From Edaphobacter aggregans (lineage in GTDB: Bacteria > Acidobacteriota > Terriglobia > Terriglobales > Acidobacteriaceae): DNA of 32,000 bases. Position numbers and translations under genes: made by a program. Below the pieces are notes generated by a model that saw nothing but the letters and a program-made list of their open reading frames with translations, ran no database searches and was not told the origin of the DNA. This document shows positions 16,812 through 25,601 of the stretch, in pieces (the first letter of the stretch is position 1; the number at the start of each line of letters is the position of its first letter). The stretch covers positions 2,010,001 to 2,042,000 of the forward strand of contig NZ_RSDW01000001.1 of NCBI RefSeq assembly GCF_003945235.1. The letters run 5' to 3'.

Positions 16812-17678
16812 ATGGACAGAGTTGTGCATGGCGACAATCTGGAGGTGTTGCGCGGCCTGGAGGCTGGATCGGTAGAGCTGATCTACGTTGACCCGCCGTT
16901 CAATACTGGCCGGCGGCAGTCGCGTATACAGATGAAAACAGTACGCGATGAGACCGGAGACCGCGTGGGGTTCGGCGGCCGACGGTACAAGACGGAGTTG
17001 GTCTCCGGAGAGAAGGCCGGAGCCGGGTATGGTGATCGCTTCGAAGATTTCCTCGGTTTTTTGCGGCCTCGCATGGAGGAAGCACACCGCGTGTTATCGG
17101 AGACCGGATCTCTGTTCTTCCACATCGACTATCGCGAGGTGCACTACTGCAAGGTAATGCTGGATGAGATCTTCGGGAGGGAATGCTTTCAGAACGAGAT
17201 CATCTGGGCCTACGACTATGGGGCGCGTTCGACGAAGCGATGGCCAGCAAAGCACGACAACATCCTCTGGTACACGCGCGATCCGGAACGATATACGTTC
17301 AACCTCAGTGAATGCGACCGGATTCCATACATGGCTCCGGGGTTAGTTGGACCCGAGAAGGCGGCGCGAGGCAAGACTCCGACGGACGTTTGGTGGCACA
17401 CGATCGTCTCGCCTACAGGCAAAGAGAAGACTGGCTACGCGACACAAAAGCCACTGGGCGTTCTGGAGCGCATCGTGAAAGTCCACTCGAACGCGGGCGA
17501 TCTGGTGGTGGATTTCTTCGCGGGCAGCGGAACGACAGGGGAGGCCGCAGCAAAGAACGGACGGCGATTCCTGCTGGTGGATGAAAACGCTGATGCGATC
17601 CGCGTGATGAAGAAGAGGCTCGCGAAGTACGGCCCCCGGCTGGTGGATGAGTCACCTTCCGGGAGCGCTGATCGCTAA
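16812..17678 (+). CDS. Site-specific DNA methyltransferase, N6A/N4C beta class (N6_N4_Mtase family), apparently orphan
   Basis: Motif IV IYVDPPFNTG is N-terminal and motif I DFFAGSGTTGEAA is C-terminal (beta-class order). No endonuclease-like ORF is adjacent. Confidence 0.85.
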   Translation: MDRVVHGDNLEVLRGLEAGSVELIYVDPPFNTGRRQSRIQMKTVRDETGDRVGFGGRRYKTELVSGEKAGAGYGDRFEDFLGFLRPRMEEAHRVLSETGSLFFHIDYREVHYCKVMLDEIFGRECFQNEIIWAYDYGARSTKRWPAKHDNILWYTRDPERYTFNLSECDRIPYMAPGLVGPEKAARGKTPTDVWWHTIVSPTGKEKTGYATQKPLGVLERIVKVHSNAGDLVVDFFAGSGTTGEAAAKNGRRFLLVDENADAIRVMKKRLAKYGPRLVDESPSGSADR

Positions 17679-18097
17679 CTGCGGGCTTGCTTCTCCGCGA
17701 AGTCTCCAATGATAGGCAACTTGTACCACTCGCCTCTGCTGGCTTTGAGGATCACGATGAGCCAGGCGACAAACAACCCGAGGCCTAGAAGTAGATGGCA
17801 GATGGAAAACAACATCCAGCTCCCCGGAATAAAGCGCAGAAGCCCTTCGGCGATCGTGAGGATGACTTGCAAGACAAAGGCGAGAATGCAAAAGCCGATG
17901 GACTGGAAGGAGTGGAAGCGGATCAGAGGAATTCTGTTGTAAGGCTCGAGCACAAGGAAGATGATGGCGGGAATGATGGTGACGTAGGCGAGGGCCGCGG
18001 CGAGGTTGTCCGAGAGTCCGGACGATGTTGAGGCAGGTGGAATGTAGGTGGGCGGTGGTTGCTGAGGCGGAATCGGGTCCTGCATGGGATCAGACAT
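17675..18097 (-). CDS. DUF4870-like small membrane protein with a Pro-rich N-terminus
   Basis: LAAALAYVTIIPAIIFLVLEPYN...IRFHSFQS and the C-terminal SRGEWYKLPIIGD resemble DUF4870. AGGAG lies 7 nt upstream of the ATG at 18097, and the ORF opens at 18151. The stop overlaps the MTase stop by 4 bp. Confidence 0.65.
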   Translation of the reverse strand: MSDPMQDPIPPQQPPPTYIPPASTSSGLSDNLAAALAYVTIIPAIIFLVLEPYNRIPLIRFHSFQSIGFCILAFVLQVILTIAEGLLRFIPGSWMLFSICHLLLGLGLFVAWLIVILKASRGEWYKLPIIGDFAEKQARS

Positions 18098-18310
18098 GAA
18101 CACACTCCTGATTGCGGCTTCGCAAATTGATATCGGCGAGAGTCTGCTCAATCAGGCGCGTCTCTCGCAAAGTGTCACCAAGCATAACTGAGGATTTGCC
18201 GTGATCAATCTGTTTTTTTGATGGAATCCCCTGTAATGGAAGGGGGTTGCAGCCGCAAGAGCCCTAAGACAGCTCGCTGCTTTCCCCGCCGTCATCGTGT
18301 ATGTATTGAT

Positions 18311-19231
18311 CTAGGTATTGTTAGGGCTGATCGACTTGAACTCGTAAGTCTCGTAGCTGGTGGTCAGTTTATTGTTGGCCACGCTGACGACGGTGAATCC
18401 CTCGGGAGTACCGAGATGCGTCCCTTGCCACCAGTTGCCGCAGATCGCTCCGCTGGTGATGTACGGCACACCCTTCCATTCCACAGTCTCATTGACGTGC
18501 GTGTGTCCCTGCAGCACTCCAAGAACGTTGTGGCCTTCGAAGAGCGCGAGAACCTCGTTGGCGTTGGCCACCGTGAGCGAGTGGTGTGCTGGAGGCTTCG
18601 GAGACTCGGGTAGGTAGGCCCCGTAGGCTGACACTAGCGGGATGTGTACCGTGACGATGATCGGCGTGCCAGTAGGCAGTGCAGCAAGATCGGCGGCGAG
18701 CCACTGGAGCTGCGCTGCATCGATACGGCCCTCATAGGCGTGATCGTCAGTGATGCCGATTGAGTCGAGCACGACGAAGTGATGACCCTTGTGATCGAAG
18801 GAGTAGTAAGCCTTACCGAAGCGGTCTTCGAAAAGCTTCTTGCCGTAGAGCGGATCAGTAGCAGGTATGCCACTGGTGGTATAGATGCCGAGGACGTCGT
18901 GGTTGCCGACCGTGTGATAGACCTTGAGGCCGAGGTCCTGCTCGGTCTTGCCGTAGAGGTCCAAGAGTTGGAGAGCGCGCTGCTTGGGGACGCCGAGAGC
19001 ATCAAAGACATGGTCGCCACCATTGATGGCGAAGTCTGCCTTGATGGTGCGGGCCTTCTTGAAGGCCATATCGGTGCCGATGACACCATTGAGTTCGGGC
19101 TGGAGATGGGCATCCGTGACAAAGAGGAAGGTGAACGGCTCTGGGGCTGGCGCGGCGAAGAGCGAGGAGGGAGTCGCAGCAGCGAGGCCGGTGGCTCCGA
19201 GGAGAGTGAGAAATTGTCTACGGGTGGTCAC
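18311..19231 (-). CDS. Tat-exported metallophosphoesterase (calcineurin-like)
   Basis: MTTRRQFLTLLGATGLAAA signal. Motifs DAH, GGDHVFD, GNHD, HIPL and GHTH are present in order. Confidence 0.85.
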   Translation of the reverse strand: MTTRRQFLTLLGATGLAAATPSSLFAAPAPEPFTFLFVTDAHLQPELNGVIGTDMAFKKARTIKADFAINGGDHVFDALGVPKQRALQLLDLYGKTEQDLGLKVYHTVGNHDVLGIYTTSGIPATDPLYGKKLFEDRFGKAYYSFDHKGHHFVVLDSIGITDDHAYEGRIDAAQLQWLAADLAALPTGTPIIVTVHIPLVSAYGAYLPESPKPPAHHSLTVANANEVLALFEGHNVLGVLQGHTHVNETVEWKGVPYITSGAICGNWWQGTHLGTPEGFTVVSVANNKLTTSYETYEFKSISPNNT

Positions 19232-19292
19232 GTCTTTATGGTATCGCCCTACGGTTACGAGATGAAAAATCTTCGCACGGTAGAATCGAACG

Positions 19293-19775
19293 ATGAAGTA
19301 TTTAGTGGCTTTACTGGCAGTAGCAGGGATTGTTGTGTCGACGATGGCGTTGCGGGTGCACTATATGGATCCGTCCCAGGCTCCGCCGTGCGCGGTAACG
19401 GAGAAGTTCGATTGTGGCGCGGTGAATCATAGCCGGTTTGCCGTCTTTCCTCCCCGGACGTTCGATGAAGATCCGAAGTCCGGACACCATATTCCAGTAG
19501 CGGCGTTGGGGATCGTGGGCTATGCGCTGATCGCCGGGCTGGCGCTGACAGGGCGGTGGTGGCTGGTCTTTCAGACCGCTCAGATCGGCTTTCTCTTTGC
19601 CGCGTTCTTGAGCTACCTCGAGGCCTATGTTCTGGAAAAGTGGTGTATCTACTGCCTCTGGTCGCAGGGGATTATAGCGGCGATTCTGATCCTCTCGATT
19701 GTGGCGTTGCTGATGCGCTGGCAGACTTCAAAACGGCTTGTGAAAGCGGGAAGACAGGACAAATATGTGGCCTAA
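19293..19775 (+). CDS. Vitamin K epoxide reductase (VKOR) family membrane protein, short form without a fused thioredoxin domain
   Basis: Loop cysteine pair (PPCAVTEKFDCGAV), the IPVAALGIVGY segment and the active-site CxxC in a TM helix (WCIYCLW). Confidence 0.8.
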   Translation: MKYLVALLAVAGIVVSTMALRVHYMDPSQAPPCAVTEKFDCGAVNHSRFAVFPPRTFDEDPKSGHHIPVAALGIVGYALIAGLALTGRWWLVFQTAQIGFLFAAFLSYLEAYVLEKWCIYCLWSQGIIAAILILSIVALLMRWQTSKRLVKAGRQDKYVA

Positions 19776-20157
19776 ATTACTTGCACAATTATTCGAACTG
19801 CTTCCGCACGTGAGCCGTCTGATACCAATGGCCGACCGTTTCTTCGCTTCACGAGCGGCAACCGACCGCGCGACGGAAGCCGCGATGGTTGCCATGGCCG
19901 AGGGCGTCCGCGGCGACCTGGGGCAGGTAACCAAGGCTCATGCCGGTCTCTATCGCCAGCTGCAGGAACAGGGCACGCAACTGGAGGAAGTACGCGACGA
20001 TCTGAAACGCGTGCGGACGGTACTCGAACAGCGAGAGAGCCGGATTGAGACGCTCGAGTCGCAGGTGACCTCGTTGGGCTGGTGGGTGAAGCTTGGGGTT
20101 TCGCTGGTCGTAGTGCTGCTGGCCGTGATCCTCTGGATCCTGGTTCGTGCACGCTGA
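19765..20157 (+). CDS. Hypothetical tail-anchored coiled-coil protein
   Basis: 130 aa. The ATG overlaps the VKOR 3' end by 11 nt, with AGGA upstream. It has a heptad-like central region (LQEQGTQLEEVRDDLKRVRTVLEQRESRIETLESQV) and a C-terminal TM (WWVKLGVSLVVVLLAVILWILV). Confidence 0.55.
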   Translation: MWPKLLAQLFELLPHVSRLIPMADRFFASRAATDRATEAAMVAMAEGVRGDLGQVTKAHAGLYRQLQEQGTQLEEVRDDLKRVRTVLEQRESRIETLESQVTSLGWWVKLGVSLVVVLLAVILWILVRAR

Positions 20158-20195
20158 CCGATTTAGCCACGGCGCTGACAGCGTAGAATAGAGCT

Positions 20196-21242
20196 ATGGG
20201 AATCAGCCGCGAACAAGCCCTGGACTGCTTTAACAGCGACGACCTGATCGGGATTGGCATGGAGGCCGATGCGGTGCGTCGTCGCCTGCATCCTGAGGGC
20301 GTAGTGAGCTACATCATCGACCGGAACATCAACTACACCAACTTCTGCACGGAGTACTGCACTTTCTGCGCGTTCTACCGTCCGCTGAAGGGCAAGATGG
20401 CCGCCGAGGGCTACATCCTCGACTTCGAGACCATTTACGACAAGATTCGCGAGACCGTCGAGATGGGCGGCACCGGTGTGCTGATGCAGGGTGGCCTGCA
20501 TCCCGACTTGAAGATCGACTGGTTCGAGAGGCTATTCCGCGGCATTCGCGACCGCTTCCCTTCCATCTGGTTGCACTGCCTGAGCGCGAGCGAGATCCTC
20601 GCCATCGCAGAGTACAGCGAATTGAGCCTGCGCGATACGATCATGCGCCTGCGCGACGCAGGATTGCAATCAATCCCCGGCGGCGGCGCGGAGATTCTGG
20701 ACGATGAGGTTCGTCATCGCATTGCGCGCCTGAAGTGCAAGACGCAAGACTGGGTCAATGTGCACCGCACGGCCCACGAACTCGGCATGCGTACAACCGC
20801 TACGATGATGTTCGGTGTCGGCGAGACCTTTGAGCATCGCGTCAATCACTTCGAAGTCGTCCGGCAGCTGCAAGAAGAGACCGGAGGCTTCACAGCCTTT
20901 ATCCCTTGGAGCTTCCAGCCACACAACACTGCACTCGGCGGACGCGGCTGGGATGAAGCTACCTCGGTCGAATACCTGAAGACGCTAGCGATCTCCCGGA
21001 TGCACCTCGACAACATCGAAAACGTGCAATCCAGCTGGGTCACGCAGGGCTTGAAGGTGCTCCAGATGGGCCTTCGCTTCGGCGGCAACGATGTGGGTTC
21101 GGTGATGCTCGAGGAGAACGTCGTCAAGGCCGCCGGCACCGCGAACTGCACCACCGAAGAAGAACTGAGGCGAATTATCCGCGATGCGGGCTTTAAGCCA
21201 GTCCAACGGGATACTTTATATCGGACGATGTTTTTGAATTAG
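20196..21242 (+). CDS. mqnC: Radical-SAM menaquinone (futalosine pathway) enzyme, MqnC/MqnE family. Best guess is cyclic dehypoxanthinyl futalosine synthase.
   Basis: IIDRNINYTNFCTEYCTFCAFYRP (CxxxCxxC), GGTGVLMQGG, PGGGAEIL, GGFTAFIPWSFQP, GGNDVGSVMLEENVV. The choice between MqnC and MqnE rests on recollected family consensus only. Confidence 0.7.
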   Translation: MGISREQALDCFNSDDLIGIGMEADAVRRRLHPEGVVSYIIDRNINYTNFCTEYCTFCAFYRPLKGKMAAEGYILDFETIYDKIRETVEMGGTGVLMQGGLHPDLKIDWFERLFRGIRDRFPSIWLHCLSASEILAIAEYSELSLRDTIMRLRDAGLQSIPGGGAEILDDEVRHRIARLKCKTQDWVNVHRTAHELGMRTTATMMFGVGETFEHRVNHFEVVRQLQEETGGFTAFIPWSFQPHNTALGGRGWDEATSVEYLKTLAISRMHLDNIENVQSSWVTQGLKVLQMGLRFGGNDVGSVMLEENVVKAAGTANCTTEEELRRIIRDAGFKPVQRDTLYRTMFLN

Positions 21243-21369
21243 GTAGAATCGGTTCGATATAGTAACCGCCCCGGAGCATTCCCTGTACCCTTCTCTTCAA
21301 TCATTGGCGTCCACTCTCGGACTGCTGCTTGCGCCACATGGCTTGGGCCATTATTGGCGGTCGCATTAC

Positions 21370-22944
21370 ATGGACCAGACCTTCCGCGGGCTCTATCGGT
21401 GGAACGCCTTTGACGTAGCGCTGCTGATTCCCTACTTCATCGTCATGCTGATCCTGGCGTTCTATGGAATCCACCGCTATCAGCTGGTCTGGCTCTACTA
21501 CCGCAACCGGAAGAATGCGGCGAAGTGGGATGAACCGCCCATGCGGTACCCCGAGGGCGAGCTACCATTTGTAACGATCCAGCTGCCGATCTTCAACGAG
21601 CAGTTCGTGATCGACCGACTGATCGATGCGTGTTGCCGCCTCGACTATCCGCGCGACCGCTTCGAGATCCAGGTGCTGGACGACTCGACCGACGAGACCA
21701 CAATGGTGGCGCAGCAGATCGTTGAGCGCTACGCGCGCGGATTCGCAGGTATGGATCCGCAGCCGATCGTCTATCTCCACCGCACGAACCGCTACGGATA
21801 CAAGGCTGGAGCGCTGGACGCCGGATTGAAGACAGCACACGGCGAACTGGTCGCCATATTCGATGCGGACTTTGTACCTCCTGAGCAGTGGGTGATGCAG
21901 GTGGTGCATCACTTCGCGCAGCCCGAGGTCGGCATGGTCCAGACGCGCTGGACGCACCTGAACCGCGACTACAGCTTTCTCACGCAGGTGGAAGCGATCC
22001 TGCTGGACGGGCACTTTGTGCTGGAGCATGGCGGTCGCAGCCGGGCTGGCGTTTTCTTCAATTTCAACGGCACGGCGGGGATGTGGCGGACGCGTGTGAT
22101 CGGCGAAGCCGGCGGATGGCAGCATGACACGCTGACCGAAGATACGGACCTGAGCTATCGCGCACAGATGCTCGGGTGGCAGTTCAAGTACCTGCAAGAC
22201 GTGGAGTGCCCGGCCGAGTTGCCAATCGAGATGACGGCCTTCAAGACCCAGCAGGCGCGCTGGGCCAAGGGACTGATCCAGACAGGAAAGAAGATTCTGC
22301 CGCGCGTCATGAAGAGCGACCAACCTTGGCACACGAAGCTCGAGGCGTGGTATCACCTCACGGCGAACATCAGCTATCCCTTGATGATTGTGCTGAGCGT
22401 CCTGTTGATGCCAGCGATGATCATCCGCAGCTGGCAGGGCCTACTGCAGATGATGCTGATCGACCTGCCGCTGTTTATGGCAAGCACGATGTCGGTTTCG
22501 TCGTTTTATCTGGTCAGCCAGAAAGAGCTCTTCCCGAACAAGTGGAGCAGGACGTTTCTCTACCTTCCCTGTTTGATGGCCCTGGGCGTCGGACTGACGA
22601 TCACCAACACAAAAGCCGTGATGGAAGCCCTATTCGGTGTGCAGAGCGCGTTTGCACGGACGCCGAAGTACCGCGTCAAAGAAAAAGGCGAGAAGAGTCA
22701 GGCGAAGAAGTACCGCAAGCGATTGGGGATCATTCCGTGGATCGAGCTTGCCATCGGCTGCTACTTCGCCCTGACTGTTTGGTACGCCGTCTCCACGGAG
22801 AACTTTTTCACAGTGCCCTTTTTGGTGTTGTTCGTCTTCGGCTACTGGTACACCGGGCTGCTGAGTCTCTTACAGGGACGGTTCGAGCGGTTTGGAACAG
22901 CCGGGCAGGAGCTGCATGATAAGCCGTATCCAATGGGGATTTAG
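21370..22944 (+). CDS. Processive family-2 glycosyltransferase, cellulose-synthase-like (CslA/CslC-type beta-glycan synthase homologue)
   Basis: D,D,D,QxxRW signature: VLDDSTD, FDADF, TEDTDL, FKTQQARWAKG. There are N-terminal and multiple C-terminal TM helices. A TTG at 21304 opens the ORF, and the ATG at 21370 is preferred. Confidence 0.85.
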   Translation: MDQTFRGLYRWNAFDVALLIPYFIVMLILAFYGIHRYQLVWLYYRNRKNAAKWDEPPMRYPEGELPFVTIQLPIFNEQFVIDRLIDACCRLDYPRDRFEIQVLDDSTDETTMVAQQIVERYARGFAGMDPQPIVYLHRTNRYGYKAGALDAGLKTAHGELVAIFDADFVPPEQWVMQVVHHFAQPEVGMVQTRWTHLNRDYSFLTQVEAILLDGHFVLEHGGRSRAGVFFNFNGTAGMWRTRVIGEAGGWQHDTLTEDTDLSYRAQMLGWQFKYLQDVECPAELPIEMTAFKTQQARWAKGLIQTGKKILPRVMKSDQPWHTKLEAWYHLTANISYPLMIVLSVLLMPAMIIRSWQGLLQMMLIDLPLFMASTMSVSSFYLVSQKELFPNKWSRTFLYLPCLMALGVGLTITNTKAVMEALFGVQSAFARTPKYRVKEKGEKSQAKKYRKRLGIIPWIELAIGCYFALTVWYAVSTENFFTVPFLVLFVFGYWYTGLLSLLQGRFERFGTAGQELHDKPYPMGI

Positions 22945-22966
22945 CGAAGCTAAGAGGCGGTGACTT

Positions 22967-24334
22967 GTGCGACTAAGAATACTGGCTGTCGTGCTTTCGA
23001 TCGGCTTTGTCTGTGCGGTGGCGCACGCATTGGAGTCTGTCCCTAAGGCGGAATACCGTCAGCGGCGTGTGGCACTGGCAAACAAACTGGACGGCGGGGT
23101 AGCAGTGGTATTTGCCGCCGAAGAGCCAGTGCTGGATTTCATGCCTTACCGACAGGATGAAGACTTCTACTACCTGACGGGCTGGAATGAGCCGGGAGCC
23201 GCGCTTGTAATCATCGGCCCGGGGCCTGAGACGAAGACTCGCCTGGGCGATGTCGTTCCCGAACACGCATACCGCGAGATCCTGTTTCTGCCGGCGCGAA
23301 ACCTCGTTATGGAAAAGTACACCGGAACGAAGATGGACGCGGCGACCGCTGACGTTGCCGCATCCACTGGCTTCGACACCGTAATGCCGATGACCGCTCT
23401 GCCCGAGGTGATGACGAAGTTCCTTGGTGAAGACCGGCGGCGTGCGCAGTCGGTGTGGTCGCAGCTTGATAGTCCGCAGGCGAAGGCAAGCGTTGACTTC
23501 TCGGCAGCATCGCTGGGAATTGGGACAGGCATTGATCCGCATGATGTGCGTACCCTGACGATGGTGCTCAGAAGCGTAAAGAGCCCCGCAGAAATTGAGT
23601 TGCTTCGCAAGGCGTCGGATGCTTCAATCGCCTCACAGCTGGCAGGCATCCGTGCCATCAAGCCCGGCGTGCGGGAGCGGACGATTGCAGGAATTGAGAT
23701 CGCGAAGATGTTGGAAGAGGGCAGCGAGCGCCCCAGCTACGCGCCAATCGTCGGATCGGGAGCGAACTCGACTACGCTGCACTACGCCGACAATTCGGCG
23801 ACGATGAAAGCTGGCGATGTAGTCGTAATCGATGCCGCGGGCGAGTACAGCATGTACGCCTCGGACATAACGCGCACGATGCCGGTAGACGGCAAGTTCA
23901 CGGCCCGGCAACGCGAAATCTATGACATCGTGCTTGGCGCACAGCGCGCCGCAGCAGCAGCGTTTGTCGCGGGCAAATCAAAACTTGGCGGCGTGAATCA
24001 GCGCGGTCCCGAGGTAACGGACACGCTCGATAAAGTCGCCTACGACTACATCAATACGCATGGCAAAGACCTGCACGGCGAGCCTCTCGGCAAGTACTTC
24101 CTGCATGGTTTGGGACACTCGGTTGGCATCAACGTGCACGATCCTATGGACTACTCCAAGCCGCTGGATAAAGGCAATGTGTTCACGATTGAGCCAGGAA
24201 TCTACATCCCCGAAGAAGGAATCGGCGTTCGTATCGAGGACGTGTTCTACGTCGATCAACAGGGCAAACTTGTCGACCTGATCGCGAAGCTTCCACACGA
24301 AGCAGCGGACATCGAAGCGGCGATGAAGCATTGA
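22967..24334 (+). CDS. Secreted Xaa-Pro aminopeptidase (M24B, AMP_N + peptidase_M24 domains)
   Basis: Signal peptide MRLRILAVVLSIGFVCAVAHA, AMP_N motif (YRQDEDFYYLTGWNEPGA), and metal ligands in DAAGEY..ASDITRT, HGLGHSVGINVHD, TIEPGIY, RIED. GTG start with an AAGAGG SD. Confidence 0.85.
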   Translation: MRLRILAVVLSIGFVCAVAHALESVPKAEYRQRRVALANKLDGGVAVVFAAEEPVLDFMPYRQDEDFYYLTGWNEPGAALVIIGPGPETKTRLGDVVPEHAYREILFLPARNLVMEKYTGTKMDAATADVAASTGFDTVMPMTALPEVMTKFLGEDRRRAQSVWSQLDSPQAKASVDFSAASLGIGTGIDPHDVRTLTMVLRSVKSPAEIELLRKASDASIASQLAGIRAIKPGVRERTIAGIEIAKMLEEGSERPSYAPIVGSGANSTTLHYADNSATMKAGDVVVIDAAGEYSMYASDITRTMPVDGKFTARQREIYDIVLGAQRAAAAAFVAGKSKLGGVNQRGPEVTDTLDKVAYDYINTHGKDLHGEPLGKYFLHGLGHSVGINVHDPMDYSKPLDKGNVFTIEPGIYIPEEGIGVRIEDVFYVDQQGKLVDLIAKLPHEAADIEAAMKH

Positions 24335-24353
24335 GATTCTGATACCAAAATAG

Positions 24354-24379
24354 AAAGGCCCGAAGATATCGGGCCTTTT
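24354..24379. terminator. Bidirectional intrinsic terminator between the aminopeptidase and the OMP gene
   Basis: AAAGGCCCGA-agata-TCGGGCCTTT with T-rich flanks on both strands. Confidence 0.75.
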
Positions 24380-24403
24380 CTATTTGCAAGAATCAAGCTT
24401 CCT

Positions 24404-25417
24404 TTAGAAGCGAATACCAAAGGTGATGGGAATAAAGCTTGTCGGGTAGCTGTTCTGCGGGAAGGCATTGAAGGCCGTGCTGCCTGGAGGCGTGTTCTCT
24501 GGAGTCGTGCCTGTCTCAGCCCGCCGCGAGTTGAAGGTGTACACATAGCGCGCTTCTACGAAGAACGTCTCATCGGCGAAGCGAGAGAACCTATAGGTGT
24601 AGCCAAGGCCTAGATTGAGACCGAAGGCGTTGCTGGTGTACTTGTCGATGGTCTGATTCGCCTGAAACTGGAAGCAGTTACCAAATATGTCGCAGGTGAT
24701 GCCGACCGCGGGAATCGAGAAGTTGGCGGTCTTGTGATAAAAGCCAGCACCGCCGGTACCGTATACGCCCGACCTATCGCCCTGTACGAAGGTATAGCGC
24801 GGGTCAAGACTAAAGGACCAGACGTGGCTCGTACCGTTGAGCTGAGAGAGCGGGTTGCCATTCTGATCGGTCGCACCAAGGCTGTTGTATAGCGCCAGCA
24901 AGTTGTCAAGCGTAGCTGTCTGGATGCCGAAGTTGGCCCAGTTGAACTCGATGAGCACTGCTACCTTCTTGCTGAATGCCCGGCCCCCGCCAGCCTGGAA
25001 CGCATAGCTCGGGGACAGGTAGCCGTGCGTGCCACCCACTGGCAGTGTTAAGCCTCCACCGACAATAAAGGTGTACTTGTTTGAACCGTCCGGGTTGTGC
25101 GTGGAGTCGTTGTAGTTGGGACGATGGCTATAGGGGCGGCGTGGTGGCGGCTGACCTTCCTCGCCACCACCGAGATCGAAGTTTTCCGCAGAAGCGGTCT
25201 CATCGGCTCCTATGCTGCTGCTGTAACTGAGCTCGTCGGGCCTTGAGAGATCGATGGGCGCATTGAGCACAGCTCGAAGGTCAAGGACCGGAGATGATTG
25301 GGCAGTATTTACGGTCTGCTGGGCCTGAAGGCAGACGGCGGAGCCAGCGGCAAGAAAAGCGATAGCTGCCGCACGGGTAAAGATGGAGAGCCGATTTCTA
25401 TTGATCGTCGAATGCAT
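24404..25417 (-). CDS. Outer-membrane beta-barrel protein (porin-like), function unknown
   Basis: Signal peptide ending CLQAQQ, alternating amphipathic beta-strand pattern, aromatic girdle residues, and a C-terminal ...ITFGIRF with terminal Phe (OMP sorting signature). Confidence 0.7.
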   Translation of the reverse strand: MHSTINRNRLSIFTRAAAIAFLAAGSAVCLQAQQTVNTAQSSPVLDLRAVLNAPIDLSRPDELSYSSSIGADETASAENFDLGGGEEGQPPPRRPYSHRPNYNDSTHNPDGSNKYTFIVGGGLTLPVGGTHGYLSPSYAFQAGGGRAFSKKVAVLIEFNWANFGIQTATLDNLLALYNSLGATDQNGNPLSQLNGTSHVWSFSLDPRYTFVQGDRSGVYGTGGAGFYHKTANFSIPAVGITCDIFGNCFQFQANQTIDKYTSNAFGLNLGLGYTYRFSRFADETFFVEARYVYTFNSRRAETGTTPENTPPGSTAFNAFPQNSYPTSFIPITFGIRF

Positions 25418-25542
25418 TCTGATTTACTCCCTTGCTGCTGTTGAGTCCTTCTACCGCTTGAACCCAGCCAGTGTTCCGTTGTTGTGTAAGACGCTTGAAA
25501 TGACAATCAGGATGACGCCAGTGACAGTTTTTTGACACTAGT

Positions 25543-25584
25543 AAAAACACTTACGGGCATCCTGCTCATGCGGGACGCCCGTAA
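25543..25584 (-). terminator. Intrinsic terminator downstream of rne
   Basis: The minus strand reads TTACGGGC-(18-nt partly paired loop)-GCCCGTAA followed by gtgttttt. Confidence 0.55.
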
Positions 25585-25601
25585 AATTGATCGATTATCG
25601 A

